IMG/VR virus record: IMGVR_UViG_3300050821_001948
Location: 66,644 to 130,643 of that record
Source: a virus
Length of the DNA: 64,000 bases
Direction: 5' to 3' (one strand)
Shown here: one piece after another, positions 8,612 to 14,760 of the stretch
Position numbering within the stretch: the stretch's first letter is position 1
Layout of the letters: every line of letters starts with the position of its first letter
Program-made: the position numbers and the translations under genes
Notes under the pieces: generated by a model
The model's database searches: none
Told to the model about the DNA's origin: nothing
The model's input: only the letters and a program-made list of their open reading frames with translations

Positions 8612-8737
8612 CTAGACCGCCAGACCGGAGCTTGAGGCCGAGGTTCGATGTGTCTCTGGTAAGACTTGAAAACTGGACAGTGTGACCAAACGGTGTAGAA
8701 ACGAGCGTTACTTCTCGTTTTACTACTGCACCGTCAT

Positions 8738-8813
8738 CGGGATATGGAGGAGTATGGTCATCCTCGCCTGTTTTGGAAACAGGAGATCGCAGGTTCAAAT
8801 CCTGCTATCCCGA
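8738..8813 (+). tRNA. tRNA-Pro(TGG)
   Basis: cloverleaf; CCTGT-TTTGGAA-ACAGG. Confidence 0.92.
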
Positions 8814-8818
8814 CTGGA

Positions 8819-8891
8819 GTCGTTAAGGGTGTTGAGGGCAGCATACCGGCCGGTGAGGACGGAGGCTTCGGTTCGAATCCGGATTAACGAT
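8819..8891 (+). tRNA. atypical tRNA-His(GTG)-like
   Basis: acceptor TCGTTAA/TTAACGA, normal T arm, anticodon loop CG-GTG-AG (G33), mismatched anticodon stem, no U8. Confidence 0.55.
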
Positions 8892-8897
8892 TCGTTT

Positions 8898-8969
8898 GTG
8901 GTACAGGTGTTCTCGGTGACACGCCAGTCTTCCAAACTGGAGAACGGGGTTCGATCCCCCGGTGCCGCA
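8898..8969 (+). tRNA. tRNA-Gly(TCC)
   Basis: CCAGT-CTTCCAA-ACTGG. Confidence 0.9.
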
Positions 8970-9016
8970 CTAGACCCGGAGCGATCCCTAGTGAAAGTGG
9001 CTACATCGCCGGGTAT

Positions 9017-9083
9017 GCCAGACATTCTGGGACTAACGAGCCTTCGTACGGCTTGTAGTGGAGTTCGATTCTCCAGTTTGGCT
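9017..9083 (+). tRNA. tRNA-Thr(CGT), truncated D arm
   Basis: GAGCC-TTCGTAC-GGCTT; normal T arm; D arm reduced. Confidence 0.7.
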
Positions 9084-9091
9084 CGTATTTT

Positions 9092-9164
9092 GCCAGATTA
9101 GCTCAGTTGGAAGAGCGCCTCTCTTGTAAAGAGGATGTCGCGGGTTCGATTCCTGCATCTGGCT
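9092..9164 (+). tRNA. tRNA-Thr(TGT)
   Basis: CCTCT-CTTGTAA-AGAGG. Confidence 0.95.
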
Positions 9165-9194
9165 CTGGTGATGTTTTGTTAGCATCACTCATTT

Positions 9195-9267
9195 GCTGCC
9201 GTAGCTCATCTGGTAGAGCACTTCCCTGGTACGGAAGAGGTGCAAGGTTCGAGTCCTTGTGGTAGCT
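9195..9267 (+). tRNA. tRNA-Thr(GGT)
   Basis: CTTCC-CTGGTAC-GGAAG. Confidence 0.93.
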
Positions 9268-9342
9268 CTTGAAGCGGTATTCAATAGGGACATCGGGCCA
9301 TATGGAGCCCGATAGAACGCCGGTTTCCGGTGACCGCTCGTT

Positions 9343-9415
9343 GTGAAAGTAGCTCAGTTGGTAGAGCGCCACCTTGCCAAGGTGGAGGTCGCGGGTTCGA
9401 GCCCCGTCTTTCGCT
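9343..9415 (+). tRNA. tRNA-Gly(GCC)
   Basis: CCACC-TTGCCAA-GGTGG. Confidence 0.95.
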
Positions 9416-9554
9416 CAATGCACTAACTGGAACCCTGGCTGACGCTAACCACGCTCAGAGGGGTTCCGTGGTGGTGCAGGATGTATGGAAAGTGTTCTGC
9501 GGCAGGCGGTAGGTTGGTTACCTATGCGCACGTCGAAATTACTCCCGTACCTCT

Positions 9555-9626
9555 GGTTCTTTAGCTCAGTTGGTAGAGCAAGCGGTTGAAGCCCGCTGTG
9601 CGAAGGTTCAAGTCCTTCAGGAACCA
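9555..9626 (+). tRNA. tRNA-Phe(GAA)
   Basis: AGCGG-TTGAAGC-CCGCT. Confidence 0.92.
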
Positions 9627-9712
9627 CTGGAATCGATGGAAAAGAGGTAGTAGCCCAACGCGGTTGCGTCTTACGGTAACCATTCCGTGATTATGGGAGA
9701 TTGATTCCGTAT

Positions 9713-9785
9713 TGGAGAGTTGAGTAATTGGTAGCTCACCTGACTTTGAATCAGGCCGGTGTAGGTTCGAATCCTGCTTCTCCAG
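9713..9785 (+). tRNA. tRNA-Gln(TTG)
   Basis: CCTGA-CTTTGAA-TCAGG. Confidence 0.92.
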
Positions 9786-9851
9786 CTAGAGTGGGTATCA
9801 CGGCTGTCTTAGGACCGGATATTAAACGATCTACAGACGCCCGCTCGTTAT

Positions 9852-9924
9852 TGGCTACTAGGGGAACGGTAGACCCACTCGGCTCTGACCCGAGATCTTC
9901 CTAGTTCGAATCTAGGGTAGCCAG
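9852..9924 (+). tRNA. tRNA-Gln(CTG)
   Basis: CTCGG-CTCTGAC-CCGAG. Confidence 0.9.
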
Positions 9925-9948
9925 CTTATGCTACAATGTAGACAGCAT

Positions 9949-10021
9949 GTCCCACTAGCCCAACGGTAGAGGCAACGGGTTTAAGCCCCGTCTAGTGTCC
10001 GTTCGAATCGGACGTGGGATA
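9949..10021 (+). tRNA. tRNA-Leu(TAA)
   Basis: ACGGG-TTTAAGC-CCCGT; short variable loop. Confidence 0.9.
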
Positions 10022-10037
10022 CGACATAGTAAGACGA

Positions 10038-10111
10038 GCGCCTGGGACCGAACGGTTTGACGGTACTGAGCTTATATCTCAGCGGACAAGGTTCAATTCC
10101 TTGCGGGCGTA
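10038..10111 (+). tRNA. tRNA-Ile(TAT)
   Basis: CTGAG-CTTATAT-CTCAG; A73. Confidence 0.82.
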
Positions 10112-10119
10112 CGTAACAT

Positions 10120-10193
10120 GCAGGAGCATCCAAGCGGTTGAGGGAAACGTCTGATAAGCGTTAGCGGTGTAAGTTCGAATCTTACCTCCTGTA
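10120..10193 (+). tRNA. tRNA-Ile(GAT)
   Basis: AACGT-CTGATAA-GCGTT. Confidence 0.82.
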
Positions 10194-10213
10194 CGTCGAT
10201 ATGATAGAATCAT

Positions 10214-10286
10214 GGTCCGTTAGTGTAGCGGTTATCACGCCTGCCTCTCACGCAGGAAATCGCCGGTTCGAATCCGGCACGGACTA
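10214..10286 (+). tRNA. tRNA-Glu(CTC)
   Basis: CCTGC-CTCTCAC-GCAGG. Confidence 0.93.
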
Positions 10287-10333
10287 CGACAGAACAGTAC
10301 TGTTTTTGGTATAGTTCTGACACATAATAACGT

Positions 10334-10409
10334 CGCGGAGTGGACTGGAGTTCGGCCCCAGCACGGCCTCATAAGCCGTACGACGCAGGTTCGAATCCTG
10401 CCTCCGCCA
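10334..10409 (+). tRNA. tRNA-Met(CAT), initiator-like
   Basis: C1 unpaired, CGCGGAG acceptor; ACGGC-CTCATAA-GCCGT. Confidence 0.85.
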
Positions 10410-10463
10410 CTGGTTGATGAATAGCATGCTTCGAGGTGACGAGCCCCCGACATTAACCGTTAT

Positions 10464-10539
10464 TGGCATGATGCTCTTGTCGGCTCAGGGCGCCTGGCTG
10501 TTAACCAGGACTTCGTAGGTTCGACTCCTACCATGCCAG
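10464..10539 (+). tRNA. tRNA-Asn(GTT)
   Basis: CCTGG-CTGTTAA-CCAGG. Confidence 0.85.
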
Positions 10540-10578
10540 CAGGGTTACTATACGCAAGGTCGCTTAGTAACCTGATAT

Positions 10579-10648
10579 GGGCTTTACGCTAAGGTAGCGA
10601 TCCTCTTTTGCAAGGAGGCTGTAAGGGGTTCGATTCCCCTAGGGTCCA
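10579..10648 (+). tRNA. tRNA-Ala(TGC)
   Basis: CCTCT-TTTGCAA-GGAGG; G3-U70 present. Confidence 0.8.
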
Positions 10649-10649
10649 C

Positions 10650-11048
10650 GTGGGAAATACCGAACGCAAAAGATTCATCCGAGATAAACGCAGACGAATT
10701 CTAGTCTCTGCGCTGGGTGGACTTTGTTCTAGTTGTGGTGTAGCTGAGAATCTTCAGTTTGATCACATCATCCCTGCTACAAAGGTCTTCGAAATGAGCG
10801 GTTATCATCTAGATAAGCCTTGGGTCATCCTAATAGATGAGTTGTCTAAGTGTCAGTTATTGTGTAACGATTGCCATCTCGATAAATCTAAACTAGAGGG
10901 TTCGCTCGGAACGGTAGATCACGGTGGTGGTATTAGTGGAAAGAAAAACTGCCCCTGTGTGCTATGTAAAACTCGCAAGGCTGAATATATGAAGAATTAT
11001 CACTTGGGACGTTGGAGCAGCGGAGTGCTCGTCACCCTGTCAAGGTGA
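10650..11048 (+). CDS. HNH endonuclease (free-standing, in tRNA array)
   Basis: CSSCG...LQFDHI...KCQLLCNDCH; C-terminus overlaps tRNA-Asp. Confidence 0.85.
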   Translation: MGNTERKRFIRDKRRRILVSALGGLCSSCGVAENLQFDHIIPATKVFEMSGYHLDKPWVILIDELSKCQLLCNDCHLDKSKLEGSLGTVDHGGGISGKKNCPCVLCKTRKAEYMKNYHLGRWSSGVLVTLSR

Positions 11049-11078
11049 AGGTCACGGGTTCAAATCCCGTACGTCTCG
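11006..11078 (+). tRNA. tRNA-Asp(GTC)
   Basis: TCACC-CTGTCAA-GGTGA. Confidence 0.93.
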
Positions 11079-11079
11079 C

Positions 11080-11152
11080 GGTGTCTATAGCTCAGTGGTT
11101 AGAGCGCCCGACTGTGACTCGGGATACGATGGTTCGACCCCATCTAGACACA
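11080..11152 (+). tRNA. tRNA-His(GTG)
   Basis: CCCGA-CTGTGAC-TCGGG; G-1, A73. Confidence 0.88.
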
Positions 11153-11154
11153 CT

Positions 11155-11227
11155 GTGAGAGGTAGCCCAATAGAGAGGCAACCTGATAAGGGATCAAAGT
11201 GTCGGTGTCAAATCCGACCCTCTCACC
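11155..11227 (+). ncRNA. tRNA-like RNA with degenerate anticodon arm
   Basis: G-TGAGAGG/CCTCTCA-C acceptor, D arm, T stem with 8-nt loop TGTCAAAT, no 5-bp/7-nt anticodon arm. Confidence 0.6.
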
Positions 11228-11230
11228 TAT

Positions 11231-11307
11231 GCCATGACTGCTGGGACAGACGCGGGTCTGTAAAACCTGCTCCTACGGATAGCGAGGTTCGATTCCTCGG
11301 CGTGGCA
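11231..11307 (+). tRNA. tRNA-Tyr(GTA), reduced D arm
   Basis: GCGGGT-CTGTAAA-ACCTGC, long variable arm, T arm. Confidence 0.75.
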
Positions 11308-11308
11308 C

Positions 11309-11382
11309 TAGTGTGTAGCTCAGTAATAGAGCATCGGCACCACAGCCGAAGGTCCCCGGTCTGAAAACTCCGGGCGCGCTTC
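11309..11382 (+). ncRNA. tRNA-like RNA with 6-nt anticodon loop and 10-nt T loop
   Basis: TAGCTCAG..AGAGC D arm, TCGGC-ACCACA-GCCGA, AGGTC variable loop, CCCGG-TCTGAAAACT-CCGGG. Confidence 0.6.
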
Positions 11383-11384
11383 TT

Positions 11385-11465
11385 GGAAGGTAGCGCGAAT
11401 GGTCGCAATCGGTCTTGAAAACCGTGCCAGGGTTAAACCTGAGGGTTCGATTCCTTTACTTTCCG
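11385..11465 (+). tRNA. tRNA-Ser(TGA)
   Basis: CGGT-CTTGAAA-ACCG, long variable arm, G73. Confidence 0.85.
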
Positions 11466-11560
11466 CAAGAAGACAGTTAGTTGGAGGCCCACAGGTCAAT
11501 GAAGACCCTGTTTTCTAGTCAGCCAGAAATACTTGTGCACAGTAATCTGGTTGGCGTCAT

Positions 11561-11631
11561 GCATCCGTAGCTGAGGGGATTAGCCGCTGACTCTTAATCA
11601 GCAGACGTTGGTTCGATTCCAACCGGGTGTA
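11561..11631 (+). tRNA. tRNA-Lys(CTT)
   Basis: GCTGA-CTCTTAA-TCAGC. Confidence 0.9.
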
Positions 11632-11655
11632 CTTGTGTTAGACTGCTAGAAACAA

Positions 11656-11727
11656 GCCTCGCTAGCTCAGAGGAAGAGCAGCCGACTTTTAATCGGCGGG
11701 TCGGGATATCGTAATTCTCGCGGGGTA
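11656..11727 (+). tRNA. tRNA-Lys(TTT), atypical T loop
   Basis: GCCGA-CTTTTAA-TCGGC; T loop ATCGTAA. Confidence 0.8.
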
Positions 11728-11728
11728 C

Positions 11729-12073
11729 ATGGTGAAAGAAAAGCTATTCTCGGTAACGGTTAACGACTGCGAAGTGCAGACCTTCCGTTCTGGTGGTAAT
11801 GGCGGTCAAAACCAGAACGTTCGCGATACTGGCGTTCGGATTATTCATCATCCATCGGGCGCTCGCGGTGAGTCACGCGAGGAGCGTTCTCAGCTACAAA
11901 ATAAGAGAACCGCCTTCCGAAGAATGGCTGAGTCTGCTAAGTTTAAGATCTGGATTACTCGGGTCGTCGGAAATCGACTTTCACCCGAACAGCAGGTAGA
12001 GAAAGATATGCAGGAAGCGAACTTGAAAGTTGAGGTTCGTGATGGTAAGGTTTGGAAAGTTGTGCCTCACTAG
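11729..12073 (+). CDS. RF-1 domain (GGQ) peptidyl-tRNA hydrolase / ribosome rescue factor
   Basis: TFRSGGNGGQNQN...TGVRIIH.PSG...ERSQLQNK. Confidence 0.9.
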   Translation: MVKEKLFSVTVNDCEVQTFRSGGNGGQNQNVRDTGVRIIHHPSGARGESREERSQLQNKRTAFRRMAESAKFKIWITRVVGNRLSPEQQVEKDMQEANLKVEVRDGKVWKVVPH

Positions 12074-12137
12074 CTCAGTGGACTAGAGCACTTGGTTTCT
12101 ACCCAAGGTGTCGCAGGTTCGAATCCTGCGTGGGGCT
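12064..12137 (+). tRNA. tRNA-Arg(TCT)
   Basis: CTTGG-TTTCTAC-CCAAG; overlaps stop of GGQ gene. Confidence 0.92.
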
Positions 12138-12264
12138 CGCGTTGGCCAAGCACGGCCATAGGTTTGAGTGTCATAGTCTGTCAGATACGCTCGGAGTCAT
12201 ATGCCCGAAGACGGCTGGCTAAGCTCTTACCGAATTGGGAACTCGAAAGCCCTTTGCGCAGCAT

Positions 12265-12348
12265 GGAAGATGCCCGCACGGCGACGGAGCCTGAGTGCTA
12301 ATCAGGTACGAGGTAAAACTCCGGTAGGTTCGACTCCTACATCTTCCG
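12265..12348 (+). tRNA. tRNA-Ser(GCT)
   Basis: CCTGA-GTGCTAA-TCAGG, long variable arm. Confidence 0.85.
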
Positions 12349-12455
12349 CTGCATAGTTCAGGTAGCCAGCGTGTATTGATGTGATGACGGATCGATTGTG
12401 ATAGAATCGTCCCGATCCATATTGAGCCCTCTCTTATGTTACTATCACCTACATA

Positions 12456-12520
12456 GACTGGGTAACGCGAAAGAACACCGACTTCATACGTCGGAGACCT
12501 GTGAGTGGCGCACTCAGTCA
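12456..12520 (+). ncRNA. minimal tRNA-like RNA with CAT anticodon (degenerate D and T arms)
   Basis: GACTGGG/CTCAGTC acceptor + A73, CCGAC-TTCATAC-GTCGG, 4-bp T-stem remnant. Confidence 0.6.
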
Positions 12521-12525
12521 AATTT

Positions 12526-12596
12526 GCCGCTGTTGCCGAATGGTTAGGCGCTGGATTGCAACCCCAGTTACGCAGGTCCGATTCCTGTCGGCGGCT
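12526..12596 (+). tRNA. tRNA-Cys(GCA)
   Basis: CTGG-ATTGCAACC-CCAG; U73. Confidence 0.88.
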
Positions 12597-12639
12597 CGAT
12601 ATTCACTGTTATGCTATTATTTACCGATAGTGTAAATAT

Positions 12640-12713
12640 GGCCTACTACTCCAATAGGTAGAGGGGACGGATTCAAAACCCGTACAGTCTCAGTTCGAAT
12701 CTGAGGTGGGCCA
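12640..12713 (+). tRNA. tRNA-Leu(CAA)
   Basis: ACGG-ATTCAAAAC-CCGT. Confidence 0.88.
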
Positions 12714-12726
12714 CGTAGTAAGATAT

Positions 12727-12800
12727 GCCGGTGTATCCCAATTGGTAGAGGAGCCTGACTTAGAATCAGGATGTTGGAGGTTCGAGTCCTCTCATCGGTA
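12727..12800 (+). tRNA. tRNA-Leu(TAG)
   Basis: CCTGA-CTTAGAA-TCAGG. Confidence 0.92.
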
Positions 12801-12903
12801 CAAGGGTTGTCAACGGTAGCTGCCTGTCGGCTACTGGCAATGCGGCTTAGACCACCGCGCCGCGCATGAAGCTTGGTCGGCGGATTGCTTGATGGCCCAG
12901 TTT

Positions 12904-12976
12904 GCCGGATTACGTCATGGGGTAGACTGGCTCCCTTACAAGGAGTTTGCGGAAGGTTCGAGTCCTTCATCCGGTA
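12904..12976 (+). tRNA. tRNA-Val(TAC)
   Basis: GCTCC-CTTACAA-GGAGT. Confidence 0.88.
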
Positions 12977-13109
12977 CGCAGTTGCCTCGGCCTCCAGGGG
13001 CGAAGTTGGGTGTGGTTAGCGCATGAGGGATATTCTAGAAACACCCTGAAGTCAGCGTCATCCGGCGATCTGTGGGGATTGGTGTCCATAGAGACTGTAC
13101 CCACTTAAG

Positions 13110-13138
13110 TTGACAATAGGCGAACGCCGTGTTAACTT
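13110..13138 (+). promoter_or_regulatory. sigma70-type promoter of rpf
   Basis: TTGACA-17 nt-TAACTT. Confidence 0.6.
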
Positions 13139-13237
13139 ACTATAAGTAAATAGCAAGGAGCCCCACCAGGGGTTCAGCCAGGACGCCCCAAAATTCGATT
13201 TGAATGAGGGTGTCGCCGCAACTGCCTCTGGAGACAC

Positions 13238-13687
13238 ATGCCCTATGCTATCAAATTCCTTATTGTCCTAATCATCGCTGTAGTTTCGCCAGGTAAACCG
13301 CCGAATATTATCGCAGCTTCTGATACTCAGCCGGTAGTATTCAGTTATCAAGACTCCGTAAGTGCAGCATTCGCGTTCCATGATTTAATGGTTCAAGATG
13401 CACCTAAACCCAAACCTATTAAACCAACTCCGGTAGCATACAATACCGTATGGGATCATCTAGCTCAGTGTGAGTCCTCTGGTAACTGGGCTGACACCGC
13501 TGGTATGTTTGAGGGCGGTCTCCAGTTCCTCCACTCTACATGGATCGAGTATGGCGGCGCGACCTTCGCTCAGCACGCCTACGAGGCCACCAGGGAGCAG
13601 CAGATCCTAGTGGCTACAAGAGCCTTAGCTGGGCGTCCAGACTGGTCAGCGTGGCCTGTGTGTAGCATCAAGCTTGGTCTACGATAA
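13238..13687 (+). CDS. rpf: resuscitation-promoting factor (Rpf) transglycosylase
   Basis: hydrophobic N-terminus; WDHLAQCESSGNW...GGLQF..STW...ATREQQI...AWPVCS. Confidence 0.92.
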   Translation: MPYAIKFLIVLIIAVVSPGKPPNIIAASDTQPVVFSYQDSVSAAFAFHDLMVQDAPKPKPIKPTPVAYNTVWDHLAQCESSGNWADTAGMFEGGLQFLHSTWIEYGGATFAQHAYEATREQQILVATRALAGRPDWSAWPVCSIKLGLR

Positions 13688-13742
13688 ATCTTTCCCTTCA
13701 TTGTGAAGGGAAAACGGCGTGAAGCCGTGAAAGAAAGGTGGC

Positions 13743-13937
13743 GTGATGCCAAAAGAAAAGTTCTACGACAGCACTCGAATTGATGGAGATGGATTACCTC
13801 CAGATATTATCGTTGCTTGGGGAAATTCCCAACCAGAGGTCACCATCAATGGCATAGTGTATGATAGGTCTGGGGTAAATCGTTTGATCAGCACTCTTCG
13901 TAAGGCGCGAAATCAAACTTATGGACCCGATGAATAA
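13743..13937 (+). CDS. hypothetical protein
   Basis: ORF track; GAAAGG RBS. Confidence 0.65.
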   Translation: MMPKEKFYDSTRIDGDGLPPDIIVAWGNSQPEVTINGIVYDRSGVNRLISTLRKARNQTYGPDE

Positions 13938-14119
13938 AATGTGATATGATGAAGCTGCCCTGTGCGTGGGGCGCGCGACCTGTTGCGGGAAGCGGCACGT
14001 ACCGGAAGGTCGGTAGGCTGGGGTAGCCGATCACCGTTAAACACTACCCAGACGCAACCTCTTCATAGGCATTCGTGCCCGTCTCCCCGGCGCGTTGAAG
14101 AGTATGTAGCCGGGGTTTA

Positions 14120-14195
14120 GCTTCTATAGCTCAGTGGAAAGAGCGTCTGGCTACGAACCAGAAGGTCGGGAGTTCGAATCTCTCTAGGGGCACCA
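14120..14195 (+). tRNA. tRNA-Arg(ACG), CCA encoded
   Basis: TCTGG-CTACGAA-CCAGA. Confidence 0.95.
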
Positions 14196-14254
14196 TCGTT
14201 CAGAGGCCAAACGGTCAGGCACCGCTCTCATAAGGCGGGCAACCCGCCGATATT

Positions 14255-14722
14255 ATGAAAGTGAAGAATTGTTCAAATTGCAAGCAAACCAAACCGCACA
14301 GTGAGTTTGGCCGTAACGTAGCTACGAAAGATGGTTTACAGTATCACTGTAAGCAGTGTCGAAACGCTTACCTGAAAACTTGGTACTCTGAGAACAAGGA
14401 CTTACAAAAAAGTCGAGTCCAGAAAAATACCAAAAAGAAGGTTGATGACCGCAGAAATTTGATACGGGAAATCAAAGAGTCGACACCATGCGCAGACTGT
14501 GGTATCCTCTACCCTCCGTACGTCATGGATTTCGACCACCTCCCCGGAAGTGAGAAGATTACATCCATCTCATCCTTATCGCAAGGATGGCGTGGGAGCG
14601 TCGAGATACTAAAAGCGGAGATCCTAAAGTGTGAGCTTGTATGTGCCAACTGTCACAGAATTAGAACTCACAAAAGGCGCGTCAACGCTGGGAAGCCGAA
14701 GGGTGAGGCACCTCTCTCATAA
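14255..14722 (+). CDS. HNH endonuclease with N-terminal zinc finger (alternative start GTG 14261)
   Basis: CSNC...HCKQC; PCADCG...MDFDHL...KCELVCANCHRIRT; stop lies in anticodon loop of nested tRNA. Confidence 0.88.
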   Translation: MKVKNCSNCKQTKPHSEFGRNVATKDGLQYHCKQCRNAYLKTWYSENKDLQKSRVQKNTKKKVDDRRNLIREIKESTPCADCGILYPPYVMDFDHLPGSEKITSISSLSQGWRGSVEILKAEILKCELVCANCHRIRTHKRRVNAGKPKGEAPLS

Positions 14723-14760
14723 AGAGGCCGTCGTGGGCTCGACTCCCACTCCAGCGACCA
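14686..14760 (+). tRNA. tRNA-Met(CAT), nested replacement copy, CCA encoded
   Basis: CGCTGGG/TCCAGCG; CCTCT-CTCATAA-AGAGG; T loop CTCGACT. Confidence 0.85.

Noticed and set aside
8532-12970. Many 60-140 aa ORFs on both strands across the tRNA array
   Set aside because: They overlap clear tRNA cloverleafs and have no RBS or domain motifs; only the HNH and GGQ genes are kept
13140-13237. c-di-AMP (ydaO) riboswitch before rpf
   Set aside because: Consensus segments such as GCCGAAUCC and CCCGUCAGCUAAC are absent and the leader is short
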